Positions 15,144 to 25,236 are shown, counted from the first letter of the stretch. The stretch is 29,427 bases of DNA from Planctomycetaceae bacterium (GCA_031288955.1 JAITQJ010000033.1:1-29427); one strand, 5' to 3'. The notes: a model not told the origin generated them from the letters alone. A program made the numbers and translations.

Positions 15144-16238
15144 ATGAAACATCTATCGCATCTTGCCGTTTTGACCGCTGCCTTTGTTTTCTCTTTGACG
15201 CTGCAATGTCCGGCGCAAGATGCTGCTCCGCCGAAAGCATCTCCGAAAATCAACAAAGTCAATATCAAAGAGGAGCGGGACAATAACAACACACATCAGA
15301 AAGCCGTTTCTAAAACAGTGTATCGCTCTTATTGGAACGGTACAGGTACCCGAATGATGATAATGCAATTTCTGGACTACGAAAATGTCCGTAAAGAGTG
15401 GAATGTTTCCGATGAACAATACAAACAGATTAAAAACGCTCAAAATCAAGCGAAGTCACGCCCGGAATGGGTCGAGATGCTAGCCGAAATGAAGAAAATT
15501 CCAAAAGCGGACGACCCTGCATTCCAAAATGCGGACAAAGAAACCAAACAAAAATGGGCTGAATTGCCGGAACGGTTGATAACGTTTGTGATTGAAAATC
15601 CTGCCAGAGAAGCCGAAAAGTTGCTGACCCCGGAGCAAAGAAAAAAGGTGCAGGAATTACAAATTGCGGCAATGTCGGTGATGCCGATGGTCTCGCCGGA
15701 TATGTTCAAAGCACTTGACCTTTCTGATGAGCAGAAGGGGAAAATGGAAAACATCAAAAAAGGATTAGAATCGGAGTATTTTCGGAATGTGGACGAAATG
15801 GTAGATGTCCAGTATGCCTTTCAAGATAAAGTTTATGACAAAATCGAAAAAGAAAACGGGGCAACAATTGATGCAAAGGATTTTAATGAAAAGATGCGTG
15901 CGGCATCAGATTCGCTGGAATTGGAAAATGGCAGCGAATTCAAAAAGATACAGGAGGCGTTCAATAAAAACCGGGCGTTAGTGACTCGTCTCAAAATCCA
16001 AATGTTCGATGTGCTGACCGATGAGCAGTGGGCAAAATTGCAGGATTTGGTAGATAATCCGCCGGATTTTATTAAGGAGGAACTCGCCCAAATGAAGAAG
16101 AAACTCGGCGATGAACAGCAGTCCGATGTGTGGAAGCCCGGCGTTAATTCGTGGCAGCCGGGCGATGCCATACCGGAAAAATATAGACAACAACGTGCTG
16201 CGGGGAAAAAATTTCCGCAAAAGGAAAAGGATAAGTAA
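15144..16238 (+). CDS. Secreted helical protein with Spy/CpxP-like LTXXQ motifs
   Basis: Signal peptide (cleavage near CPA-QD); repeated motifs WNVSDEQYKQI, LLTPEQRKKV, LDLSDEQKGKM, VLTDEQWAKL; Trp/Pro-rich tail WKPGVNSWQPGD. Confidence 0.65.
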   Translation: MKHLSHLAVLTAAFVFSLTLQCPAQDAAPPKASPKINKVNIKEERDNNNTHQKAVSKTVYRSYWNGTGTRMMIMQFLDYENVRKEWNVSDEQYKQIKNAQNQAKSRPEWVEMLAEMKKIPKADDPAFQNADKETKQKWAELPERLITFVIENPAREAEKLLTPEQRKKVQELQIAAMSVMPMVSPDMFKALDLSDEQKGKMENIKKGLESEYFRNVDEMVDVQYAFQDKVYDKIEKENGATIDAKDFNEKMRAASDSLELENGSEFKKIQEAFNKNRALVTRLKIQMFDVLTDEQWAKLQDLVDNPPDFIKEELAQMKKKLGDEQQSDVWKPGVNSWQPGDAIPEKYRQQRAAGKKFPQKEKDK

Positions 16239-16319
16239 AATGATTTCCCGTAACATTGTCGAATGCCCGGCAGTTTCCGAGACAATAAACCAGACTTTAA
16301 CCCTTTTTGGAGAGAAAAA

Positions 16320-18050
16320 ATGAAAAAGTTATCGTGCCTTGTCGTCGTTCTCGCCGTTTTAACGGGGTTTCGTGTTTCCGCACAGGAAACGTTTGCGCCG
16401 CTCATCACGAAAGACACTGTCGTCTTCGTCCACCTTGATTGCAGCAAAGTCAAACTCGACAGCCTCAAAAGCGAGGCGGCAAAAATCGGCGAAACCTTTT
16501 TGAAGGAACTCAACTTTGACAGCAAGTCCGCAAAGTCCACCCTTCAGGAATGGAACAGCGAACTGGATAGACTCGAATCGCAAGTCCGACCGGTCTTTGA
16601 AACCATTACGCAAAAACTCGGCATTACCGAACTCGCTGGGATAATCGACCAAAAACTGCTCGACAAGGGGATTCAAATGATTATCGCTGCCTCTTGGAAA
16701 AACAAAACCGAAGAAGACCTGCAAACGTTTTTTTCCGTTTTTCCTGAACGCGAAAACAAGAAGGCATTTCATCACGTCGGTAATTATTTATGCGTTGCTT
16801 TTTCCAGCCACCGCAATGATGAAACGAACCGTATTATCCTGACCGACTGGATAAAAGAAGCCGTTCCTGCCGAAGACGGGGCGATTCAGCAGGCACTGAA
16901 AACGTTAAACAAAGGCGACGAATTGAAATTCGCTGCCGCAACGCCGACATCATTTGACGGAAGCAAATTCGCCGAAGAAGCGGGGAAAGCCGGTATCCCC
17001 CGCGAAATGTTAAACCTCTATCTTTATGCGGCGAAAAAGATTGAGTGGGCGGCATCTTCCTTTTCGTTTGCGCAGGTTTTTTCGCCGACCGAAGAAGAGG
17101 AGCGGTTGTTAACCATTAAGACGATAAAACCGGCTGATGCGAAACAACTTCGGACGATGCTGGAAACGTCGATTGATTGGGGAATGACCGCTGCCAATGC
17201 TGCTATCCAAGCAGCCCAGCGGGAGGAAGAGTTCAAAGTGCCGCCGCTCGTTTTTGAATTTGCTAGAGGATATTTGCGCACATTGCTGCCGGATATCGAA
17301 GACGATAAATTGGTTTTCCGTTTTCGCAAGAGCATCAAAACGGTGATAGGCGGTACCGGCAATATCAATACCGTTGCCGCGGTAGGAGTTGCATCTGCTC
17401 TGCTTGTGCCGGCAACGCAGAAAGTACGGGAATCCGTCCGGCAAACGCAATGTGCCAATCACGAAAAAACCATCGTGCTGGCGTTCCATAATTACCACGA
17501 TAGTCACGGTGCTTTCCCGCCGCTTTACACGGTAGATAAGGACGGCAAACCGCTCCATAGTTGGCGGGTGCTGATTCTGCCGTATCTTGAACAGAGTGCG
17601 CTGTACGATAAAATCCGGCTGAACGAACCGTGGGACAGCGACTACAACAAACAGTTTCATAGTGCCGATGTGCCGCTTTACAGTTGTCCAAGTTGTCCTC
17701 ACGAAGCAGGCGATTGCTGTTATTCGGGAGTTGCCGGTGAAGGTTTGGTACCGGCGAAGAAGGCTGGCGGAGTAAAAGGGCTGGTGATTTCGGACATCAC
17801 GGACGGAACGAGCAACACGTTTGCCGTTGTCGAAGTGAAGAGACCGTTTTGCTGGATGGACCCCGCGGCAGACATTACTTTGGACGAATTGTCGAAGGGA
17901 ATTAACGCTGGTCAGGTTGGCAGTTATCATCCGCACGGAATCAATGCGGCACTGTTTGACGGCAGCGTCCAGTTCAGGTCAAACAATGTGCCGAAAGAAA
18001 CGTTGAAGGCGGTAGGAACCCGCGCCGGCGGCGAATCAGTCAGTTTTTAG
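16320..18050 (+). CDS. Secreted protein with a C-terminal DUF1559 (H-X9-DG) domain
   Basis: ATG 16320 with a GGAGAG RBS and signal peptide MKKLSCLVVVLAVLTGFRVSA; LLVPATQKVRESVRQTQCANHEKTIVLAFHNYHD, HSWRVLILPYLEQ, DGTSNT, HPHGINAALFDGSV. Confidence 0.85.
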   Translation: MKKLSCLVVVLAVLTGFRVSAQETFAPLITKDTVVFVHLDCSKVKLDSLKSEAAKIGETFLKELNFDSKSAKSTLQEWNSELDRLESQVRPVFETITQKLGITELAGIIDQKLLDKGIQMIIAASWKNKTEEDLQTFFSVFPERENKKAFHHVGNYLCVAFSSHRNDETNRIILTDWIKEAVPAEDGAIQQALKTLNKGDELKFAAATPTSFDGSKFAEEAGKAGIPREMLNLYLYAAKKIEWAASSFSFAQVFSPTEEEERLLTIKTIKPADAKQLRTMLETSIDWGMTAANAAIQAAQREEEFKVPPLVFEFARGYLRTLLPDIEDDKLVFRFRKSIKTVIGGTGNINTVAAVGVASALLVPATQKVRESVRQTQCANHEKTIVLAFHNYHDSHGAFPPLYTVDKDGKPLHSWRVLILPYLEQSALYDKIRLNEPWDSDYNKQFHSADVPLYSCPSCPHEAGDCCYSGVAGEGLVPAKKAGGVKGLVISDITDGTSNTFAVVEVKRPFCWMDPAADITLDELSKGINAGQVGSYHPHGINAALFDGSVQFRSNNVPKETLKAVGTRAGGESVSF

Positions 18051-18059
18051 CGAAAAGTA

Positions 18060-18088
18060 TTGACAACTTGTTTCCAAAAGTTGACAAT
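18060..18088 (+). promoter_or_regulatory. Candidate promoter TTGACA-N17-GACAAT; TTGACAA is repeated at 21-bp spacing
   Basis: TTGACA at 18060-18065 and 18081-18086; GACAAT 18083-18088. Confidence 0.4.
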
Positions 18089-18124
18089 GGTGACGTTGTT
18101 GTTCTAACCCGAAAAATATCTGAT

Positions 18125-19033
18125 ATGCGTTTTGTTACCCGTAGTGATTTCGACGGACTCGTTTGCGGTATGGTACTCAAAGAAGCCGGTGTCATCGACT
18201 CCGTCCAGTTCGTTCATCCCAAAGACCTTCAGGACGGCATTTTCAAAGCCGATGCCAACGATGTTCTTTGCAACGTCCCTTATGTTTCCGGTTGCGGACT
18301 TTGGTTTGACCATCATACCAGCGAAGCCGACCGCGTCGGTTGGAATCCCGGTGTCCAAGGTCTCAGCAAAAAAGCCCCGTCGTGTGCCAGAATCGTCTAT
18401 GAATACTACGGCGGTGATGCCAAGTTTCCGCAGTTCAAAGATGTCATCGAAGCGGCAGACAAAGTCGACTCTGGACAGTTAACGCCCGAAGACATACGCA
18501 ATCCCCAGGGCTGGGTGCTTGTCGGTTTCCTTGCCGACCCCCGTACCGGACTGGGACGTTTTCACGATTTCCGTATCTCGAATTACAATCTGATGATGGA
18601 TTTTATCGACCATCTGCGGACGAAGCCGCTGACGGAAATTCTGGAGCATCCTGATGTCAAGGAACGCGTTGACTTATACCGGAAGCAGACGGAGTTGTTT
18701 GTCGAAATGGTCAAACAGTACACGAAGATAGAAAACAACGTGATTGTTACTGACCTGCGGGGTGTAACAATGATATACACCAGCAACCGTTTTACGGTGT
18801 ACAGCGTGTTTCCCGAACAAAACGTTTCGCTGTGGATAACAGACGGCAAGGCGAAGGTCAACGTGATGATTTCGTGCGGTTACAGCGTTGTGAACAGGAC
18901 GTGTACGGCGGATATCGGGGCGTTGATGCTCAAACACGGCGGCGGCGGTCATAAACAGGTCGGCACGTGTCAAATTGCTTTCGATGACGCTGATACCGTC
19001 ATCGCTGATATTCTCAAAGGACTGAAGGAATAG
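18125..19033 (+). CDS. DHH-family phosphoesterase (exopolyphosphatase-like/nanoRNase-like)
   Basis: MRFVTRSDFDGL (DxD motif), WFDHH, and C-terminal GGGGHKQVGTCQ (DHHA1-like). The start at ATG 18125 is preferred over TTG 18068. Confidence 0.88.
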   Translation: MRFVTRSDFDGLVCGMVLKEAGVIDSVQFVHPKDLQDGIFKADANDVLCNVPYVSGCGLWFDHHTSEADRVGWNPGVQGLSKKAPSCARIVYEYYGGDAKFPQFKDVIEAADKVDSGQLTPEDIRNPQGWVLVGFLADPRTGLGRFHDFRISNYNLMMDFIDHLRTKPLTEILEHPDVKERVDLYRKQTELFVEMVKQYTKIENNVIVTDLRGVTMIYTSNRFTVYSVFPEQNVSLWITDGKAKVNVMISCGYSVVNRTCTADIGALMLKHGGGGHKQVGTCQIAFDDADTVIADILKGLKE

Positions 19034-19054
19034 CAGGGTAAAATAAAATTCCTG

Positions 19055-19098
19055 AAAGGACGCAGTCATTATATTGATTGGATAATGATGCGTCCTTT
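19055..19098. terminator. Long hairpin between the convergent DHH and MMPL genes; candidate bidirectional terminator
   Basis: AAAGGACGCA (19055-19064) pairs with TGCGTCCTTT (19089-19098), and TCATTAT pairs with ATAATGA (19066-19072/19082-19088), around a 9-nt loop. Confidence 0.6.
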
Positions 19099-19149
19099 TG
19101 GTAATGAGACCGGTGAATAATCGTACCGGCAAAAGGTTCTTTTATATGG

Positions 19150-21426
19150 TTACGGCTGTTTTTGTGTCTCGAAAACCTTTCCGAAGCGGACGAAGAGTAT
19201 TGCGGGAAATACAATAATGTCCCCGATAAGCGAAGCCGTCAGGAGCAAAAATAAGAGTACCGAAAACCGCGATACCGGAATAAATTCACTCAAACCGAAC
19301 ACCAGCATTCCGCCGCCGCAAATAATCGTCGTTTGCACCAGTGCCGTAGCGCAGTGCCGATATGCCGATATAACCGCATCTTGCCGGCTCAAGCCTTTCT
19401 CCAATCCCCGCTGAAACCACGTGACAAAATGCAGTGTGCCGTCAACGGAAATGCCCATCGCCACACTCGCCGTCATCATCGAACCGATGTCCACCGGATA
19501 ACCGAGCCAGCCCATCGCCCCGAAAACAAGAACGCACGGGAAGAGATTCGGCACCATCGCTAACAAGCCCCGCAGAATTCCGCGTAACAAAATTATCAAG
19601 GAAACCGCTATCAGAACGAATGCCGTCAGAAAACTATAAATCAAGTCTGACAATAATTGCGATTGAGCGCGGTGCGCTAACGGAACTCCGCCTGTTACAA
19701 AAAATTCAAATTGAACCGCTCCGCCTTCTCTAATGCCGCCCTGAACAGTATTTTGAACACTTTGTATCCGCTGCCGGATTTCGTTGAGTAATTGAGCATA
19801 ATCTATCGGCATCTGCGCATAAGTCCGCAGACTTAAACGCCAAAACGTTGCCTGTTCTGCATCAGAGCGGTTGAAAAAATGCGTACCGGTCAACCGTTCC
19901 GGTTGTTTTTGTAAGATACTCGACAGCGCACTGCGTCTCGCTGCGGCAGAAACGCCGGTCTCATTCGGCGGCGGTACTGCCGGCAGAAAATTCAAAACGG
20001 AAATCACCGCTCCCGTTTCGGCAATTCCTTGCAGCGAATCCCGAACACGGCTGACAAGATTGACCTGGTCTATCATCAAAGGCGCACTGCCGCCGCTGTC
20101 CGGTACTTGTAACATTATTTCAACGGGAATCAAACCGCCGATAATATCTTCAAGGTGATTATAATCCCGAATCACTTTGGCGTGTTTGGGCATCATTCCG
20201 TGAAATGTAACCGTCGTTTTTAAGTTTTTGCACTGCCACAGAAAAAACACGAAAACGATTGATGAAACAATAAATAACGGACGGCGGAACCGGTACACAT
20301 TCTTTCCCGCTCTTTCCCAAAATAAAGCGAGTTGATGGTGAAACGTTCCTTCGGGATTTTCGAGTGCTTTACGCCGCCAGGAACGTACCGGATGCTGCTG
20401 CAATGCCGAAAAGACAAACAAGAAAAGCCAGAGGGTGCCGAAAGTCAATGCCAGCGACGCAAAGATGCCGAATGTACGTATCGGAATCATCCGTCCGATA
20501 GCGAGCGAACCGAGACCGAAGACAGTCGTAACGGCAGCAAGCGTACAGGGCAACAGGGCTTTTTTGTACGCAATTCGGGGTGCCGCCGCTTCGTCGGTAT
20601 CGTGCAGAGTTTCGCGGTAATAATTGATAAGATGAACACCGCCTGAAATAGTTAAAACATACGTCAGAGAAGCAATCAGCATCGAAATCGAATCGACGTG
20701 GGCATTCGTCCAGTAGAGCATCGCACCGCCGAGAGCCTCATTGGTTACGGCAACGAAAAAGACAAGCACCGCTGCGTAAAAATGCCGGAGACACAGCAGC
20801 AGTAAAAGGAAACATAGGAACAAAAAAAACGGTAAAAGAATTTTCTGCGATTGAGAAGAAATATCGTCAATGGCAACGCTGTCGATGGTCGGACCGGCAA
20901 TATAAATATCATCCCGCATCAGTCCCGTGATGTCCGTAACCGCTTGATAAACATACCGGACGGCATCTTTCCGGCTGACATTGTAATTCACCACCGCAAC
21001 GATGCAGGCATCTTTTTCGTTTTTCCCGATGAGCCAGCCTTGCAGACGGCGGTTCACCGTTTGGGGATTGATGCCGGGAACATTTTTGAGTTCCTCGCGG
21101 ACAGAGCGGGTCGTGATAGTGTTACGAAAATAAGCCGGCGTATCCGGCTGCGGTTCGGCAAGCAGTTTGCCGGAAATAATGTCGATACGTTCATCGTCTA
21201 TCCGGCAGTTTTTCCACGAAATCATTAAGAGTTCGCCTTCGGGAAAATGCGGATAGAAATGTTCGTTAAAATCTTTAATTTCCTGTGTGCCTTGCGGAAG
21301 CCAGTCGCTTACCCGGTTCATTGCCCGTTTTTTCGATTCGGCATCCGACCAGAGCAGAAAGAGAAATACGGGAATACTTCCGAAGAGAATAATCCAGCGG
21401 ATTTTCCGGTTCAAAAATTCTCGCAT
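19150..21426 (-). CDS. MMPL/RND-superfamily membrane transporter
   Basis: Two halves, each with a large soluble loop and a TM bundle (YIAGPTIDSVAID, FFVTGGVPL); MGISVDGTLHF GxxxD motif; about 12 hydrophobic segments. Confidence 0.88.
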   Translation of the reverse strand: MREFLNRKIRWIILFGSIPVFLFLLWSDAESKKRAMNRVSDWLPQGTQEIKDFNEHFYPHFPEGELLMISWKNCRIDDERIDIISGKLLAEPQPDTPAYFRNTITTRSVREELKNVPGINPQTVNRRLQGWLIGKNEKDACIVAVVNYNVSRKDAVRYVYQAVTDITGLMRDDIYIAGPTIDSVAIDDISSQSQKILLPFFLFLCFLLLLLCLRHFYAAVLVFFVAVTNEALGGAMLYWTNAHVDSISMLIASLTYVLTISGGVHLINYYRETLHDTDEAAAPRIAYKKALLPCTLAAVTTVFGLGSLAIGRMIPIRTFGIFASLALTFGTLWLFLFVFSALQQHPVRSWRRKALENPEGTFHHQLALFWERAGKNVYRFRRPLFIVSSIVFVFFLWQCKNLKTTVTFHGMMPKHAKVIRDYNHLEDIIGGLIPVEIMLQVPDSGGSAPLMIDQVNLVSRVRDSLQGIAETGAVISVLNFLPAVPPPNETGVSAAARRSALSSILQKQPERLTGTHFFNRSDAEQATFWRLSLRTYAQMPIDYAQLLNEIRQRIQSVQNTVQGGIREGGAVQFEFFVTGGVPLAHRAQSQLLSDLIYSFLTAFVLIAVSLIILLRGILRGLLAMVPNLFPCVLVFGAMGWLGYPVDIGSMMTASVAMGISVDGTLHFVTWFQRGLEKGLSRQDAVISAYRHCATALVQTTIICGGGMLVFGLSEFIPVSRFSVLLFLLLTASLIGDIIVFPAILFVRFGKVFETQKQP

Positions 21427-21466
21427 TGTGTACTAACAACTCCGGTATCTACGATTGGCTAAACGG

Positions 21467-21775
21467 TTATGATTCAAATAAGTTTTTTTCATCTCTTGCG
21501 CCGTGAACAATGCGGAGGATTTGGAGCCTTTCGTTTTCACTACGATAATAAATCATATAGTTGCGGAACTTCATTAAGGTACGGCATCGGGTTTGTCCCG
21601 ATGGGTCATAACGGAATCGTTCGCCAATATCAGGATTCCGGCAAAGCATTTGAACCGTTTCATCAACTTGCTGCTGAAATCTGTCCGCAACCGAATCACT
21701 CCGTTCTTCAAAATAGTTACAAATCTCATCAATATCGTTTTTGGCTTTCAGCGTGTAGTATGGTTGAAGCGTCAT
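21467..21775 (-). CDS. parE: Type II toxin, ParE/RelE family
   Basis: AKNDIDEICNYF...LCRNPDIG...YMIYYR...LQILRIVHGARD; ATGA overlap with the upstream antitoxin. Confidence 0.85.
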   Translation of the reverse strand: MTLQPYYTLKAKNDIDEICNYFEERSDSVADRFQQQVDETVQMLCRNPDIGERFRYDPSGQTRCRTLMKFRNYMIYYRSENERLQILRIVHGARDEKNLFES

Positions 21776-22038
21776 ACGGCAACTCCAGATTTTCTCGCTT
21801 CACGACGCTTTCGGGTCGATTCCTTGATTTGTTCCCAAAACTCCTCTTCGGTCAGCCAAGCATCTTCTTCAATGGCTTCCTGTACCAATTCCCAATGGTA
21901 TTCATCAATTTTCCGCTGTTGCTGCTCCTGAACGAGTTTTTCAATGTACTCATCGGAGTCGGCAAGTCCCAATTCGGTAACCTGCCGCATCACAAAATTT
22001 TGCAGCGGCTCCGATAACGTAACACTAATCGTTGACAT
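21772..22038 (-). CDS. parD: ParD-like ribbon-helix-helix antitoxin
   Basis: MSTISVTLSEPLQNFVMRQV..G...SDEYIEKLV RHH pattern and an acidic tail; lies directly upstream of the toxin and overlaps it. Confidence 0.75.
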   Translation of the reverse strand: MSTISVTLSEPLQNFVMRQVTELGLADSDEYIEKLVQEQQQRKIDEYHWELVQEAIEEDAWLTEEEFWEQIKESTRKRREARKSGVAV

Positions 22039-22074
22039 AGTAATTCCTGCATCTAAAACGTCCGGCTAAACGGG

Positions 22075-25000
22075 TTATTCTATCGGACGGATAGTCGTTT
22101 TGAATAAATTCGAGTCTTCTTTCAATTTTTCTTCGTTCCCGAAAACGCAGATATTGTTCTGTTTCATTCCGTCACGGAACATCGCCGCAAACTTGCGAAG
22201 GTCTTCGACCGTTGTCGCCAAAACCTCGTCCCGCTCCCGCTGAATGTCCGCCTGCGTCAGACCGGCAGCCAACATTCCTGCCGTCCGTCCGCCCTTTTCA
22301 CTCGGCGTGAGCGGTTTGTCGAGTCCGCCAATCGTTGCGATAATCGCCTTCGTCAACTCTTCATCGGAGAGTTCCAATTTCTCCAGATAACCGGCAACGC
22401 CTTCGTAAATGTCAACGGTGCGTTTCAGATGCGGGTCGCGGTACGACCAGAGCGAAAACACACCGCTGCGGTCAGCGGAAAATCCGCCGCCGTAAGCACC
22501 GCCCTGCACACGGACATTGTTCCACAAATAGCCCGTCCGCAGAATGTTCGTCAACACCAGCATCTTGCCCGAATACTCAAAGCCGGATTTGCGGTAGTCT
22601 GCTGATTTCACTACGTACTGAACCCGGCTCGGAATGACCACCGCTTCGTTGAGTTGCGATGGCAACGGGGATTTGAAATCTGCGAAATTCGCTCTGCCGT
22701 CTTTGGCAACACTCAATTTTTGCTCAAACTTTTGCAGCACCGGTTGAATTGTTACGAATTCTTCCTTCGGCAGCGTTACGGTCATCTGTGCGTTGGAAAC
22801 GGCAAAAATCGACTCGGTGTACTCCTTGAATGACTTTATCAAGTCATCTGCTTTCGCATCAAAGTTCTTTTCTATGTCAACGAGGAATTTGTAAAATTCG
22901 ATACCGCCGGTCGCTTCCTGATACAGTTTTACCTTCGAGAAATACGAACCGGCACGGGTTTGCGCAAAGCGGTGTCCCGACGACATCAGCGATTGTTCCG
23001 CCCCGACGCGCTGTTCCTGAATCAACTCCTTAATACGCGCTTTGTCGGCAAACTTCGTTTTGCATAAAATCTCGTGAACGAGTTCGAGACCTTTTTCTAA
23101 CTTCGGCAGCGTTGTTTTAACTTTGGCGGAAAAACGCAAATCGAACGAGTCCGCTTTGCCTTTCACTGTCGTTGTTGCGAGTCCCGTCCCGATGCCGCCG
23201 GTGTGCAAATCAATTTCGCTGCTCAAGTCGGCATACGAATAATTTTCCGTATCAAGGCGACCGAGAATATCAGAAAACAACGAAAGAATTGCCGGATTAT
23301 GCCGATACGGTTCTAATTTGAACGTTATCGTTACATAAACGATTTTGTTTGTATCGACATCGACGTTCGTTACCGGCACATTATGGGCAGCAGTCTGCAC
23401 TTGTTCAAACGGAATCTTTTCCGCTTCTTTATCGACATCGGAAATTGCCAAGCGCGGAATCTTGGCAATGTCCTCCGGCTTATCCGCTGCAGCCTGCCGG
23501 TCAAGCAAAACCTGCTGCTTCTTTTTTATCTCTTCGATTTGTCCGCCGGACAGCGACTTCTTTATTTCGGCAAGTTTAGCGGAAAGTTTATCGGCTCTTT
23601 CCTTGTCGAGTCCCTGTTTTGCTTTGAGCATCACAAAGCCCCGCGACAGATTATCGAGAAGATATTTTTGTATCAGATTCTCGAATAAATTCTTTTCGAC
23701 TCCTGACCGGATATTTTTGAGAATCGACTCAAACCGCAGGTTTTTCAGGGTATCGCCGCCGTAAGACCACGTATCCAAAATGCTCATATCAATCGCCAAG
23801 CCTTTCGGAAAGCCGGAAACCTGAAATTCCCGAAGCGTAAATTCCGTGCTGTTAATCGCCCCTTCAATCAGTTTGCGGTCAATTCCGTCCTTGACGAGTT
23901 TTTTGAGGGTTGTATCCAGCACTTCGAGGAATTTTTCTTTTTTCTCCGGTTCCGAATTTTGCACAACGATTGAAAAACAGGGCTGCAAAATGGAATTGTC
24001 AAACGAAGCACTGACATCTAATCCGACACCGGCATCAAGCAATGCCCTTTTAAGCGGACCGCCATCGCTGCCGACGAGAATGTACGACAGTAAATCCATT
24101 GCGTAACTCCGTTCGGCATCGTTTACGTCCGTCGGCAGCAGATAATTCATACTCAAAAACGTTTTCTCTGTTGTCGATTCGCCCAAATCAACGGAGTATT
24201 CCGCCGTAATATCTTTCGGCTTATCAAAGGGCGGTTGCGGCTTAACCGCTGCATCAACCGTTTGCTTATCAAAGCGGGACAGGTATTGCTTATCGAGAAA
24301 TTCGAGGTGTTTTTCGACGTTCCCGTTTCCGTACAGATAAATCATCGAGTTCGACGGATGATAGAATTTGTTATGAAACGCAACAAATTTTTCCTGTGTC
24401 AGTTCGGGAATGTTATCGGGATTGCCGCCGGAATCGTTGGCGTAAGTCGAATCGGGATACATCGACTTTTGGATTGTCCGGTACAAAACGCTTTGCGGCG
24501 AAGAATAGACACCTTTCATTTCGTTATAAACGATACCGTTGTACGTCAGATTGCCGCCGGCATCAACTTCGTAATGCCAGCCTTCCTGCATCAGGATTTC
24601 CGGTATTTTTTTGACGTTCGGAAAAAAGACGGCATCGAGATACACGTCCATTAGATTTTGAAAATCCTTATCATTGCGGCTTGCGACGGGATACATTGTC
24701 CGGTCATCGGCGGTGAAGGCGTTGAGAAAGGTTTGGAGCGAACCTTTGAGCAAATCAACAAACGGCTCTTTGGAGGGAAACTTTTCGCTGCCGCACAGAG
24801 CGGAGTGTTCCATCACGTGAGCAATGCCGGTGCTGTCAGTCGGCGGCGTGCGGAAAGCGATGCAGAAGACTTTGTTATCGTCTTCGCTGGAAAGATAGAG
24901 CAGCGGCGCACCGGATTTGATGTGCTGAAAATAATACGCTGTCGATTTGACTTCATCGACTTTCTGCGTCCATTGAAGCGTAAATCCGTGATGGACGGAG

Positions 25001-25104
25001 CCGTCTTTGAATGTTTCTTGGGACATAGATTGGGAAGTGAATTGAAAGGTGAACGCCGCTGCACAGGCAGCGGTCAGGGACCAGGTAACGAACAGAGACC
25101 GCAT
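22075..25104 (-). CDS. M16C (presequence protease/PreP-like) zinc metallopeptidase with an N-terminal signal-like extension
   Basis: TGIAHVMEHSALCGSEKFP (inverted HxxEH), FLNAFT.DDRTMYPVAS, GIVYNEMKG, LWNNVRVQGGAYG, SYRDP; AAGGAG RBS before ATG 25104. Confidence 0.93.
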   Translation of the reverse strand: MRSLFVTWSLTAACAAAFTFQFTSQSMSQETFKDGSVHHGFTLQWTQKVDEVKSTAYYFQHIKSGAPLLYLSSEDDNKVFCIAFRTPPTDSTGIAHVMEHSALCGSEKFPSKEPFVDLLKGSLQTFLNAFTADDRTMYPVASRNDKDFQNLMDVYLDAVFFPNVKKIPEILMQEGWHYEVDAGGNLTYNGIVYNEMKGVYSSPQSVLYRTIQKSMYPDSTYANDSGGNPDNIPELTQEKFVAFHNKFYHPSNSMIYLYGNGNVEKHLEFLDKQYLSRFDKQTVDAAVKPQPPFDKPKDITAEYSVDLGESTTEKTFLSMNYLLPTDVNDAERSYAMDLLSYILVGSDGGPLKRALLDAGVGLDVSASFDNSILQPCFSIVVQNSEPEKKEKFLEVLDTTLKKLVKDGIDRKLIEGAINSTEFTLREFQVSGFPKGLAIDMSILDTWSYGGDTLKNLRFESILKNIRSGVEKNLFENLIQKYLLDNLSRGFVMLKAKQGLDKERADKLSAKLAEIKKSLSGGQIEEIKKKQQVLLDRQAAADKPEDIAKIPRLAISDVDKEAEKIPFEQVQTAAHNVPVTNVDVDTNKIVYVTITFKLEPYRHNPAILSLFSDILGRLDTENYSYADLSSEIDLHTGGIGTGLATTTVKGKADSFDLRFSAKVKTTLPKLEKGLELVHEILCKTKFADKARIKELIQEQRVGAEQSLMSSGHRFAQTRAGSYFSKVKLYQEATGGIEFYKFLVDIEKNFDAKADDLIKSFKEYTESIFAVSNAQMTVTLPKEEFVTIQPVLQKFEQKLSVAKDGRANFADFKSPLPSQLNEAVVIPSRVQYVVKSADYRKSGFEYSGKMLVLTNILRTGYLWNNVRVQGGAYGGGFSADRSGVFSLWSYRDPHLKRTVDIYEGVAGYLEKLELSDEELTKAIIATIGGLDKPLTPSEKGGRTAGMLAAGLTQADIQRERDEVLATTVEDLRKFAAMFRDGMKQNNICVFGNEEKLKEDSNLFKTTIRPIE

Positions 25105-25146
25105 TTAATAGCACTCCTTGCGTTTGAGAGACATTGACACCGAAGC

Positions 25147-25175
25147 ATTATACGGGTAAAAAACGGCGGTGTAAA
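25147..25175 (-). promoter_or_regulatory. sigma70 promoter TTTACA-N17-TATAAT of the M16C protease gene
   Basis: -35 at 25175-25170, -10 at 25152-25147. Confidence 0.65.
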
Positions 25176-25236
25176 GTGTTTTCAGTTCTCTACTTTTCCT
25201 GTGTCAATGTTTACCTTCCGGTATCGGCTGCCGGTT

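Noticed and set aside
16263-16319. Upstream ATG for the DUF1559 gene
   Set aside because: ATG 16320 has a GGAGAG RBS and begins a clean signal peptide.
17109-17936. 275-aa minus-strand ORF
   Set aside because: Antisense to the DUF1559 gene; no motif, RBS or promoter.
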